Source of the DNA: Camelus dromedarius
Lineage: Eukaryota
DNA length: 64,000 nt
NCBI RefSeq assembly: GCF_036321535.1
Contig: NC_087436.1
Coordinates: 112,718,001 to 112,782,000 of the forward strand
Direction: 5' to 3'
Of the stretch, positions 12,258 through 24,570 are shown one piece after another. Made by a program: the position numbers and the translations under genes. Positions within the stretch are counted from its first letter, which is position 1; the number at the start of each line of letters is the position of its first letter. The notes under the pieces are model-generated. The model did no database searches. It was not told the origin of the DNA and worked only from the letters and a program-made list of their open reading frames with translations.

Positions 12258-14489
12258 ATTTGTGTAATTCACTTATATCTGTTACAAATAGATTCCAAAC
12301 TGAAGATTCACAGATGTTAATGATCCAGTTCACTGGATCACTTGTCTCTTAATCCCACAGTTTTCACTACCTTGTGCTGTTTGCACTTTGATCAGAGGAT
12401 AAAGTGGCAAAGTGAACGTATGTGAATCAAGTTCAAGGATAAATGCTCTGTCAGGGACCAATTCAAGCCCTTCTATGCATTTATGTGTGTGAGCTGAGGG
12501 CCAGCTAACCACTGCCTCTCGGGTAGCACCCAGCTACTGAGTCCCTGATAGACTGATAAAAATATGTATATTAAAATGATGACTAAGGTAATAAAAATAA
12601 ATTAACCACTTAAATATTTTTAAAACATGGTGAGGAAATGTCAGATTAACACTGCATTTATAAAATACCCTTTAAAGATGTATCATACTCTAGGCTGACT
12701 TTAACATTTTACTTCATACAATTTTAATTTGCCATACATAATTTTAACCATGTATGTAACTACTTGCCTTTTAAAAATCCACAAAAACAGAGTCGTTCTG
12801 TGCAGTACAGCTTCTACCTGAGATACTCAAGTCACAGTCTTGGGAACTGGTTTAAGGGGGAAAGGGATTCCAGGAAATGAATCAACGTGGCCCCAGCTGC
12901 ATCCCCTCTATCGGGGAATGTGTGGCTGTGGGTGGAGCTCGTCTCCAACAAAGCTGTCAAGCCGAAGAAAGAATGTGTTTTGCCAAAATATTTTATATAT
13001 GCTTGGCTTTGTCTGTCAGGCACATAAGAGACACTGATGTGGCACCAAACAGGTCAATGCAAACAGTGAAGCAGAGCTAAAGAAAGACCCATTGGGGATT
13101 AAAAGACTCCGCTTTTTATAACACAAAAGTATGTGTGGGGGGGTATGTGTGTGTCCTTTCAAGTATTCAGCCTGTGATTTCAAAACTGTATTTGAGAGTG
13201 TGCTTCACATATTATAAAGTCATGAACCATTGCAGAAGGAAAATACTGAGCCGTGGGAGTTCAGAAAGGAAAGTCAGGCTCTGAGTCATTCCCGTGCCCT
13301 TTAGGTAAGTATGATGGTGAATAAAAATTGGGATGGTAAGAGGATTTGTCTAGCCCAAACAAGAATGAAGTGGGGAGACTGGCAACAGCAGATTTGTGAG
13401 TAAGATATGAGATTTATGAGCAACCAATAATTTAGTAGAGGTGTCACTTATGAGAGGGTTGAGGAACATCCGTTTGTGGATGCAGGCCAGGAAGTCCTTA
13501 GGGCTAGAGATGCATGGTCAACAGCAAAGGTACAAGATTGGACTACAGAGAGAGTGGAGGCAGGGATGGAGCATCATGGCAATGAGGGTACCAGGTGGTG
13601 CCAGGAGAAAACAGCACCTCAGGCCCCGGCCACCTCCAGGGCTGCCCACTGCTCTCTGCAGTGTGGGGTGAAAACCTGGGACCAACATCCTCTTTGGTCT
13701 CCATCAGCTGTAACCCCTAACACTCAAATGAATCTTGTTGGGGGAAGAGTCTCACAGATTGATTTTAACTCTGTCCATTTCATCTTTGAAAGGGGACATA
13801 AAGAACAAAATTTTTCTGACCCGGGGAAGCCACTTCAAGGGGTGTCCTGGTGAACAAGGAAAGGACATTAGAGGGTCCAGAAATCAGCACGGGAGCCCAA
13901 CAACGAGGCAGAGCCTTGAGAGGAGAACAGCCAGGCCACCCAGTGGATTAGCAGGGACCTGTTTCTGAAGACAATCTGCAGATGGAGTTTACTGAAACTT
14001 GGGGCAAGCCTGAATCCTAATCAGAACTGGTCCCAAGCATCCATCCTCATGTCCAGCCGAGACTGCATCCCGTGAGGATGTGCCTAAGTGAAGAATGGGC
14101 TAGTGAAGAATCTGCAGATGGACTGTAGTGGCTGCAGCTGCAAGGGCCCCGGAAGGACACCGGATTGTCAGCCAGGGGCCAGCAGGAAGGTGGCAACACT
14201 GGTTGAGCGACTGCTTACATTTGAGACACTGTGCTAGACTGTCAGTTTCTGTCATCTCCTGTAGTTCTCACCACACTTTGATAAGGGTAAGTTCATAATC
14301 CATATTTGAGTGATAGAGAAGCTGAAGTTCAGAGAGGTTAGACATTTCATTCAGGATCACGGAGTGATGCCAAACTATGAATCTAGAAATGTCTAACCCC
14401 AAAATGTGTGCTGTTTTCAACAAACCTAGTGGGTTCCCTGAAGGAATCTCAAATTAGTTTATTAGTTCTTCATTCAATGCACCTATTTT

Positions 14490-14920
14490 TTGTTAAGACT
14501 AGAAAATCTCCAGATGCTTGAAAATTAAGCAACGTTCCAAATAACCATTAAATTAGAAAACATTTTAACTAAATGATAATGAAAACAGGCATATCAAAAT
14601 CTAAGAGATGCAGCTAAAGCAGCACTCAGAAAAATTTACAGGACTAAAACATACATATAAGAAAAGAAGATGAGCTGAAAAATCAACGATCTAAGCTTCC
14701 ACCTTAAGAAGCTGAATAAAAGAACCCAAAGAAATGAGAAGGAATCTCTAGATCTCTAAAAAGAGAGAAAAGCAAAACCCAAATAAACAGGAAATCAACA
14801 AAGCTACAGGTTGGTTCTTGGCATGAGTAATAAAAGTGACCATCAAGACTAATCAAGAAAAATTCAAAGGAGAAACAAACAAACCCAAGGGAGAAACAAA
14901 TTGCTAGTATCAGGAACAAA
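14490..14920 (+). mobile_element. Degraded L1 ORF2 fragment
   Basis: CAAAATCTAAGAGATGCAGCTAAAGCAG...GGTTGGTTCTT motifs of L1 ORF2. Confidence 0.65.
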
Positions 14921-15774
14921 TGCGTATTTTAATTGCCTAACACATATATAAGATGATGAGAAGGACGAGCAAGAGGAGGGAAGAATATATCGGTTTTGAA
15001 GCCATCCAAGGATAATCGTATTTCAGATCCTGTTGTATTTGATTAAATCCGACATGTATTTATTGGAAGAGAACATAAGGCACCGTCAGTTTGGTGTTCT
15101 AGGTCTAGAAAGAGAGAGCACATGAATTTTGGAGTCGCATAAAGCTGAGTTCAAATTCATTCTCTACCTTGAACTAAATGTATGACTCCAGGGAAATTAT
15201 TAACAAATGGGAGGTGATAATGTCTAACTCATAGTGCTGTTGGAAAGGCTGGAGTTAAAGCACCAAGTTTATGGGTAGCTTATATCCCACAGAACACTTC
15301 TCCCAAAGTGACCCATTACCATGGCATTCATAGTTTATCTGTAGGAAAGATACAGAAATATATCCTGAGACAAGATCATTCATTTAGAAATGTAACCTTT
15401 TCTGAAAAGTCTAGGCATTTACTTTTCTTGACCTGCCAATAAGAGAGGTTCAGTGTGGTCATTCTTCAGTAGAATGGATGTTACCAACATATCAACATCA
15501 TGAAAGCATCATATGAAAACTAAAATAAAATAACTTACTATAAAATCTCCATTCTATTTTTATAAAACAATTATTTTTTTCCTGACTATTAGGAGATCAA
15601 AATAAGAACTACACCAATCATGTAAGTTAGTTTACGACTTTGGAGGAAAAGGCTTCCATCTGCAGTGTAGATATTATGACAGAGGATCCTCCCCAATCCT
15701 CTGGTTTCCACCAGCGTGGCCCCTGAGTCATGCATGTTGACATATACTGCAAGGGATCCACCGTGTTGATTGGC

Positions 15775-15838
15775 TCATGTCCTGAGTGAGCAAGATGAAT
15801 CCTCAGGATTTCTCACACACTGAAGAAACTTGACAGGT
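15775..15838 (-). CDS. CD38: CD38 exon 8 coding part (PVKFLQCVRNPEDSSCSLRT*)
   Basis: Acceptor ttttcatcgtag|A, TGA at 15777-15775. FLQCV.NPEDSSC matches the CD38 C-terminus. Confidence 0.96.
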
Positions 15839-16017
15839 CTACGATGAAAAAACAAAAAAGGAGATTAAGAGGCAATACAATACACCTATGGTCAATTCAC
15901 CAAGGACAGATGCCCCTTCGTTAACAACAAAAGCATGCGTGAACTGTTAGCATCCACACAAGTTTCTCTCCTACATTGACAACATCATGGAGAAAGGTCA
16001 AGTCCAAGAGTGAATGA

Positions 16018-16161
16018 CTGGGGGAGGACAGTATAGCTCAAGGGGTAGAGCACATGCCTAGCATGTACAAGGTCCTGGGTTCAATCCCCAGCACCTCCTC
16101 TAAAAATAAGTAAACCTAATTACCTGTCTCCCCTCACCAAAAAAATCAAAACAAACAAAAA
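16018..16161 (+). mobile_element. tRNA-derived SINE (Vic-1-like) with 12-bp TSD AAGAGTGAATGA
   Basis: A-box-like TATAGCTCAAGGGG, B-box GGTTCAATCCC, A-rich tail; TSD copies at 16006-16017 and 16162-16173. Confidence 0.85.
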
Positions 16162-16379
16162 AAGAGTGAATGAAAGGATGGCCCAATTGAATTTCATTTC
16201 ACTTGGGAAGCCAAAGAAATATGGAGAAGGGATGCTTGAATACATGGAGATGAAAACAGATGTCTGGCTCAGACATCACAGATATGTGTTATTAATGTCA
16301 GCTGAGGGTCAAGAAAGAAAAAGCAGGAGCAGCACCCTGAAATGAGGAAGTGTTAGGTCAAAGGGTCTGGCAGCACAGG

Positions 16380-16451
16380 GGGGTCATAGACCCCCTGGGG
16401 GAAGGGGTCATAGACCCCCTGGGGGAAGGGTTCATAGACCCACTGGGGGAA
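16380..16451. repeat. 3 x 24-bp tandem repeat GGGGTCATAGACCCCCTGGGGGAA
   Basis: Two identical units and a third with 2 substitutions. Confidence 0.95.
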
Positions 16452-17603
16452 CACTGGCAGCTGGCCGCCATCAGCAAGGGGACCACACAACCTTTGCACA
16501 GAACAATTCCTAGATAAGAATTAGCAGGTGAATGACTCTCATTTTAATAAAAATTAGATAACAAAGCAACACAGTCCAATGGCAATGCTGGCACATGGAA
16601 GAGGTGGGTGGAGAGTGGGGAAGTGGTTCCTTAAATTGCAGCTGAACCTGATTTTGCTAAATGTGAGTCAAGAGAGAGATCCATAGAAGGCAGCTACCTG
16701 ACCCCCTGGGCTTCTGGGATCTAGCCAACTGCCATGACCAGCTGATCACAGTGGCTCTAAGTATAGTCACTCCATCCTCACCAATATGGTAGCCTGGAGC
16801 TCCCACATGAATATATTGGGAAGGGGAGGGGGAGAAGGGTGGGTAGTATCCGCTTCCTTAAGGAAATAATGCTATGAAAAAGGAATCTTTGTAAGGTTAT
16901 TTAGGATTTTTGAAGCCACCTTTACTTTATAGTAAATGAACAGAATATGAATATGTTTCTTAATTTGTCACTTATTGGGAATTCAATTTCAGAAAAGAGG
17001 CAGGAATTATGCTGTTAAAAGAATCTCTCTCCATTAATATGTAAATATTCACATTCAATGTTTCAGTAAAATGGACACACTTTTGATATGCTGGATAACA
17101 CACTGATGGATAGAAACAGTGTATTTTTTTAAATTAACTTTATATTTTTAATCAAGCTTTTGGGTATGATTCCCAGTAAACAAATACAAAAATTGAGTGT
17201 AGTTACTAATTTACAGAAATAATGAATTTAAAACTAAGGTAGTTCACAATGAAAATTTTAAATACGACTTAAAATACTGAGTTTTTAGCCACTGCCCTAA
17301 TGATGTTTCCTAAGGCTTACATCCTCTTTACTACAACTTTTAAAAAATGCTGTTACCATTTTTCATCGATACACCATCGGGTAGGAATAACAATTGAAGG
17401 TGTTAAACACACCTTGAATGGAATGACTCTAAAATTCCAAGGGAGATTTTTCTTTGCAAACTTTGACCTTTAATTATGTAGTACTTTGCTTAAAGCAGTC
17501 TATTTTATGCTATTACAATTTGTGTTTAAATTATATATGAAATAAGAGACTGTATTTTGAAGTAATGTAAAAGGAGAAATGCACCCTCTAGATTTTTTTA
17601 ATG

Positions 17604-17621
17604 TGCCACTAGGGGGCACTA
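17604..17621 (+). promoter_or_regulatory. CTCF motif (TGCCACTAGGGGGCACTA) in intron 7
   Basis: Near-perfect match to the CCAS(C/T)AGRKGGCRS consensus. Confidence 0.6.
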
Positions 17622-19429
17622 GCCAGAAAGCATTCTGACCATTTGCTATTTTTAAAGTAATCCCCCAAAAAAGTGCTGTCCTGTTCTGTTCACTCCACTG
17701 ATTAAAACACATGTTAAGAAATTCTGTATACATTTTACAAGACTGATGTATGAAAAAGAAAGACTTTAAAGGTATACACCCAAATGTTAATCGTGTTTGT
17801 CTCCGAGTGGTGGGACTTACTAAAGGGGAAGAGCTGAATCAGTAGATGGTCTAATCCATATAAACGTAATCACACTTCTGTTTTGCTTATTAAACAACCA
17901 CAGCGAAACAGCTGGACAAAAGTTGGCTAAACTGGAAGGTATGTTTGGGACGGATTTATTTAAATTACAGTCTATGTCTGTATCTGTGACATTCACTCTG
18001 GGCTCCCCTGGACACAAGCGGCTTCTAGCAAAGCCACAGAACTCTTAGATGCAACAAGGGACCCTGTGGGCCTGGCAATTCAAAGAGGCATGCTAAATAT
18101 ATTATGGCCTCATGTTTGAGGAAGACCAACGGTGATTGCAGATATGATCCCCAAGTTTAAGGTCACATGAGCTGATGCTCTGAATGACAGGCGCTGCCTT
18201 ACAAATCATTTCCTTCCTAGATGGGCCAGTCGGCAAGTCCAGGTGGTAGGGATGTGTAATTATCCCTCCCAGGTGGAGACTGAGGGAGTTTACCAGGACC
18301 GTGCAGTTTGGGGCCATTTGTGAAAAAATAAAGGGGGGAATGTTTAATGTAAGAAAAAAGATCAAAGAGTCTTGGAGATAAGACTCATCTCCATCCCCCA
18401 GTCTTCTCCTAGGTTTTAGTATTCTGTTTTTCCCAACACAAAACGTCTCTAAATAACTTAGACTGGTCAGCTGTCTGGCATGTTTCTTTTATAGTCGTTC
18501 CTTTGTTCTGTCTGTTTTCCCACCGAACCGCTGTAGAAGGCTTGTGTTATTTTCTGGCAGTTTCCAGAGAGAAGCCAGCTGACTGACGGAGAATTCAGGT
18601 CATTCGGGAGACAAAGCCCTCAGTGACTATTCCTTGAATCTGTCCTTCTGTCATTCTGACATGGTCAGTGGGAAAGGCTGGTGACAGAAAGGAGGTGGGA
18701 AGAGGGTCCTAGCGTTCCAGCTTCTAGATTCTTTGCAACACTTTTTCTCTCTGCGTCTGTCTTGTAACTATCCTATATGGGAGAATTTCCAAAGATGCTT
18801 TTAGCAAGGAGCCCTGCCTATATTAAGTAATTGGCCACAACTATAAAAATCATGGAGGGAGGTCCCAGTTTTGATAACAGAGTTGCAGGTGACTTTAAAA
18901 ATATATGCCTATATGCAATGTAAACTTTGCTCTAATAAACATGTGTTACTGATAAAACCTTTTAAAAGATTTTATAGATTTTAATTTTTTAAAGATAAAG
19001 CTTAGTTAACTGCCATTTGGCAACTTACCAAGTGCTAGGCATCTACCCTGAGACCCAACTAAGGAAACTTCACATGCAAAATTATGCCAGGTCACAAGGA
19101 TTTTATAAATCCTTTGCATTTGGCAAAATCGGCTTCTGCTCCCCTGAAAGCTAGGATCCCAGCTCAGGCCTCTCGCATGGGAAACTGGGAAAGATGCCTC
19201 CAAGCCTGGGTCAGCTTTAGAGGCAAATCACCGCTTGAGTGGTATGGGGCAGGAAGAGGAAAGAGGGTGGAGAAAGGTGGCCAACTGAAGGCCACTGTCT
19301 GGAAACGCCTTCTGGGCAGAGCTGGGCTGGGGAGGAACAGAGGTCACCATGGCTCACCATCCCAGGTCACCATCAGGGTGCCTGCAGGTGGCAAGGTGGC
19401 CATTTATTCTTCAAGAAGTAGTTAATTAC

Positions 19430-19516
19430 CTGTAGTTATCCTGGCAGGTGAATTTTATATTTCTTTTACTCATAATCGATTTCAGGTCCATTATGGAGGA
19501 ACCCGAGCATGAGTCG
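19430..19516 (-). CDS. CD38: CD38 exon 7 (DSCSGSSIMDLKSIMSKRNIKFTCQDNY-R)
   Basis: Acceptor ttcccag|C, donor AG|gtaatt, 87 bp. Confidence 0.96.
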
Positions 19517-19861
19517 CTGGGAAAGAAAGAAGAAGTGTTAAAATAACAAGATCTCACAAACATTCGCTGTCTCCTAGTTTCTTCTAGGTAGCAGGCCCCA
19601 GGCAGGGTCGTGGGGTAAAGAGGTGAAGCAGAGGTAGCTTCTAAGAGCTCACAGGTCAGCGGGGGAGCGAAAGGTGTAACTAGGCAGATGCCTACTATGG
19701 AGATAAAATTAAGAGACTGTTGCAACGGGGTGAGTGTAGAGTGAGGCCCCATTCATTTCCTGAGCCAGGCTTTTCTCAGTGAATTCCTGTGACTGGATTC
19801 TTTCATGGATTGATTCCTAAAACGACCTTGAGAATATATGGTACAAGGTAGTAATACACAC

Positions 19862-19954
19862 CTGGGGCTTTTTCCAATGTCGTGCATCACCCAGGCCTGC
19901 AGTGTATGAACCTTCTCTGGATGCAAATTATGGACTTCCACGCCTCCAAACGTG
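19862..19954 (-). CDS. CD38: CD38 exon 6 ([31 protein letters not shown]), includes catalytic Glu
   Basis: Acceptor cttag|C, donor AG|gtgtgt, 93 bp. GAA codon at 19938-19936 is E233, equivalent to human catalytic E226. Confidence 0.96.
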
Positions 19955-20060
19955 CTAAGATAGAAGAAACCAAGAACATCGTTAACCCTATTCAGGCATC
20001 CACAGCCTTCAATAGGAAACCGTGCTAACCCTTGCAAATAGGATGCAAAGAAATAAGTAC

Positions 20061-20134
20061 CTGTCTTTACTAAAGGCGTTACTGAGGGATCCATTGAGCA
20101 CCACTTGGACCATACCACAGGCATTTTCTGCAAA
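20061..20134 (-). CDS. CD38: CD38 exon 5 (FAENACGMVQVVLNGSLSNAFSKD-S)
   Basis: Acceptor ttttaag|T, donor AG|gtactt, 74 bp. Contains LNGS motif and the C201 equivalent. Confidence 0.95.
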
Positions 20135-22483
20135 CTTAAAAAACAAAACAAAACAAAAACACCATTCTTTAGCATGCAAACTTAATTGCCATGCACCGGG
20201 AGTTCCATTCAAAACAGCTCTTAGCATCGGCTAGCGGGTTAAGGAGGAACAGACCAGTCTGTGCGGTTCTAGCTCAGTCATGCCAGATTTGTGTGACTTT
20301 CATCCCAAGCCATTGGAGGGATCATGCTTCCCAAAAGAGTTCTGGAAGCAGTTGCTCCAATCTGCATTTGAACAATGAAGTTCAACGTCATGGTTGCCAA
20401 ATTGGTGATTCAGAAGTCAGAAGTCCAGATCAGTAAGAGCAACATCACGGCTGGGGGAGGAGGATGAAAGCACTTTCTTGGTACCATGCACTGTAGACAC
20501 TGCACATTTCACCCAGTGGGAGCAGACTGGACACTTCAGGGGTAAAACAAATAGGACACCAAGAAAAAAGAAACTGGAGAGAAGATGACACTGAAGGCTA
20601 CACTAGCATAAGGAGAAATGGAGAATGAATGAATGCGTGAGTGAATATTTCTGAGCAGCGGTTTCATTTCTTCATGCAACAAACATTCAGCTGGAATCTT
20701 CACGAGTCACTAGGGAAAATGAAATGTGCAAAACTAAGCCATCTACGTGTTTCTTCCAGAAGGCCCAGCCACACGGCTGGGACTAGGTCAGATAGCCTTC
20801 TCACATCCGCCAGCTGTATCGCATTGTGAAGACCAGCTTCACGAGGGCACTGAGAGCCCTGTGAGAGCTGTGAGCCTGGCTGTCCCACTGCCCACCCCAG
20901 CCCTGAGCCCCGTAGCCCATACACGGCACAGCGTGGGCGCCCAGTGAAAACCTGTGGAGCGAGAAGAGGGAAGGAGGGAGGGAGGGAAAGAGGAAGTAGG
21001 AAGTCCAAATATGCCATGATGGAGATGGCGGAAGACCAAGAAAAGGTGTCATGGAGGACCACGAAAGCCAAGTCCGGAAGGATGACCAGGATTCCACCTG
21101 GCAGAGGCTGAGGCAGCTGCAAACAGAAGGGCCTAGGAGCGTGAGAGAAGAGTGTCATCCTGGGGAAACATTCAGTAGATGCTGGAGTTGGGTAGATATG
21201 TCAGTTCTTGGAGGACCATGAATGCTTTGCCAAGGAATCTGGCCTGTCCTCTGCAGGAGATAAAGCACCACTGAACAATTTGAAAGAGAACTGTGAAAAT
21301 TCAATGAGGCGTCCGTCTTTCTACCAGGGGTTATGAGCAGAGGAGAGAGGTCCAATGATTATCCATCACAAGTGCTGAGTCAGCAGAGTGCTTAGCAGGT
21401 CCAAACACTGACCCTGCAGTACAGAATTCTCACCAGCCCCACACAGTAAGTATTGGGTCGATTTGCCCCAAAGTCACGTCACCTGGAAGTGAGAAAATGA
21501 GACGAGGATTCAAACCACCAAGCAGCACTGCCTGAAAAGAAAGGATCTAGCTGGACGAAAGAAGCCCACTTACATACATCTATGAGCATCTGGCCAAGAT
21601 AAAGGAGCGGTCCCAGGGGGCTCACAGAGGTAGGGCGCCTGCCATCCCCTTCGCTGGACTCCCAGCCCCAAGGACAGTGTGGAGAACACACGTAGGTGCT
21701 TGACACATGTAAAATGTGACTTGGCTTTAAATGCTTTCAGCAACAGCACTGCCACAAAACGTATCATAGAGGGATAACATAAATCGAAACTCTTCTCCAG
21801 CAAAGCCAGCAAAAAACAACAACAAATCTGGAGTGCCTCTAATTTTCACAGCACATAGTAGGTACTCAACAAATATTTGTTCACATAGTAGGTACTCCAC
21901 AAATATTTGTTGAATGCATTCTGAGTTGGCTGATGGGATGGCGGTATCTTGTTTAAGCTTTGCAGCAACCCTACAGGACAGGCATTATTTTTATCTCTAT
22001 TTGACAGATAAGGAATCTGAAGGGCAGAAGAGTTAAAAGAATCTGTTCAAGTTTAAGCAGTTTCCTTCTTTCTAACCTCAGGCTATCTCCTTCTCTCAAC
22101 CATCCCAGGGTTTGCCTGAATCTCCTTAAGGTAGCTTAGACTCTCAGCTCTGCTACTTACCAGCCCATTGACCTTGAATGAGTCACTTAACCTCTTACCT
22201 GGAACAAGGGGATCTGTACCTTCTCACAGCATCAATGGTGAGGACTGAATGAGACGACACAGGTCAGGGACCTGGCCCAGGACTTTTCATAAATATGCGC
22301 TTAACAAATGTGAGTCTTCACCCACCCTAGCTCCTCAGATGTCTAAATTTAATTTTGGAGAAATCTGAGTAGTATAGTTTTATTTTCTCCTCTTTTTTCT
22401 ATTCATTTCTTTTTTTCTTTCTCTCCCCTTTTTTCCTAGTCCACTTGCAAGCAAGCAACTCAGAAGACAAATAAATGTGCACA

Positions 22484-22572
22484 GGGAGAAGGTATAGCTC
22501 AGTGGTACAGCATGTGCTCAGCAGGCATGAGGTCCTGGGTTCAATCCCCAGTTCCTCCATTAAAATAAATAG
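22484..22572 (+). mobile_element. tRNA-derived SINE (Vic-1-like), short form
   Basis: GGTATAGCTCAGTGG...GGTCCTGGGTTCAATCCCCAG; TSD ATAAAT(G/A)TGCACA. Confidence 0.85.
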
Positions 22573-23191
22573 ATAAATATGCACAAAGGCAGCTAGAATC
22601 AGAAGTAGATAGAGGGGAGGTCAGGGAGAATTTCCCAGCCTGGATTCTGGATCTAGAGTCGGACAGTTTGGGATAAGCACCCAGGTCTGCCCCTTACTGG
22701 GCACATTTAGTAGCATCCTTATTTACCTGCACCTCCACCTGTCATCTGTAAAACGGATGTGATGCTCATGGGACCTATGTCAGGATTCTGGTGAGACTAA
22801 AGGATTTTAATCCACGTTAAAGACCTGAGGACCGCACCTGGCACACACAGTAAATGGTCTGCAAATGTAGATAATTAAGACTGTTCCAGGAATCTAAAGT
22901 CGGCCAATCCTCACAGCAGAGGATTAAACCAAGCCAGAGATGCCTGGCAGCCAAAGCCAAAAAATGGGCAAGAGCAGGAGTCTTTAATGGAAGCCCAGGG
23001 ACCTTCAATAGATGCCCGAAATTTTTATGTGAAAATCTTCTGGCGTGTGCTTACGAACATTTTTCTCAGGAAAGAATTCTGAACTTTGTTTCTAAGAGGG
23101 CCTGTGATCCCAAATGAATTAAAACCAATCACTGACTGGATGACCTCTGAAGCTCTTTGGTCTCCAGGGTTCTAGGATTTCACTTACTTAC

Positions 23192-23277
23192 CATTTTGGA
23201 CAGCACCTTCCAGAATACAGTCACAGAGTTGTTCTTGCAGTCTTTCCTCCAGTCTGGACAAGACTGATAGTTCATTT
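23192..23277 (-). CDS. CD38: CD38 exon 4 ([29 protein letters not shown])
   Basis: Acceptor tttcag|A, donor ATG|gtaagt, 86 bp. Carries the W189 and S193 equivalents. Confidence 0.96.
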
Positions 23278-23844
23278 CTGAAAGACATAGTTACAGAGAA
23301 ATAATTAAAGTGGAAAAGAAAGGGTCTAATTCATCTCTGTTCTTTCCCAGCTATTGGATCACAGTGGAGCCACTTTCCAATGGCAGCACTGCCAAGATGG
23401 AGGATGGAGAATGGACACATCTCAGCCCAATTTAACTAAGTGCCCCCTGAATCCCTTCCAAGTCCTTACCTTACCCTCCAAATCCCAGACAGGAACACGG
23501 TGACCAGCTTTGAGTCATCATTCTGGGAAATGCAGCTAAAGCTCATCTGACAGAGACAAGCCCCAACATTACTCCCTCTTCCAGGGAGCATTGCAGATAA
23601 AACTGGGCCCACGGGGGCCCCTCTTGTCAGTCTCCCCTCTGCTCCCTGCCAACCCCCTCTTCTTGACAGCCTTCCTCCCACTTCCCTCAGTCCCCACACC
23701 CTTAGGCTCAGATGCCCTCAAAGTCTCTCTGCATTCTCTCCGTCCTGACAGGCTCAGCTGTCGGGGAGGAACCACAGACACAAGGCGTGAATACATAGTT
23801 TCTGTGTTATTTCTCCCAAGGATATCTGCCTTAGTGCACAGACA

Positions 23845-24243
23845 TTTATTTTTATTTATTTTTTATTGGTGTATAATTGACAAATAAAATTGTAAGATAT
23901 TTAAAGTGTACAATGTAATAATTTGATATCACACACCTTATGAAAAGATTCTCCCTCATCAGGTTAATGAACACATCCATCACCTCATATTCTTTTTTTT
24001 TTTTTTTTTTGGATGGTAACATTTAAGTCCTACTCTCATAGCAAATATCAGTTATGCAATACAGTGTCAGCAAATATAGTCACCAGGCTGTACATTAGAT
24101 CCTCGGATCACATCCATCTTATAACTGAAAGTTGGAACCAACTTCTCCCCACCTTCCAGCCCCTGGAAATCACTTATCTCCTCTCTTGTTTCTGAGTTTG
24201 ACATTTTTTTTTCAGATTCCACATATAAGTGACACCATGCAGT
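23845..24243 (-). mobile_element. L1 3' end fragment
   Basis: GTATAATTGACAAATAAAATTGT...TTAAGTCCTACTCTCATAGCAAAT...AGATTCCACATATAAGTGA. Confidence 0.75.
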
Positions 24244-24570
24244 TAGGATGGGTGAGTCTCAATCCAGTAAGACTGATGTCCTTATAAGAAGGAGAAGATT
24301 GGTCACAGAGACAGACGTGCACAAAGAGAAAATGACAGAGACACACAAAGAGAAGACAGCCATGTGATGACAGAGGCAGAGGTTGGAGTGATGTATCCAC
24401 AAGCCAACAGGCAAAGGCTTCTTTTCTAGGGGCATTCAGAGAGCATGGCCCAGACAACACCATGATCTATGACTTCCGGCCTCCAGAGCTGTGAGAAAAT
24501 AAATTTCTATTGTTTTATGCTACCGAGTATGTGACACTTCATTACAGTAACCACAGGAAACCAGTATAAC
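24244..24570 (+). mobile_element. MLT1-type LTR fragment
   Basis: GACTGATGTCCTTATAAGAAG...GACTTCCGGCCTCCAGAGCTGTGAGAAAATAAATTTCT. Confidence 0.75.

Noticed and set aside
16380..16451. Palindromic direct repeats superficially like a CRISPR array
   Set aside because: Units are head-to-tail with no spacers, there are no cas genes, and the context is a mammalian intron.
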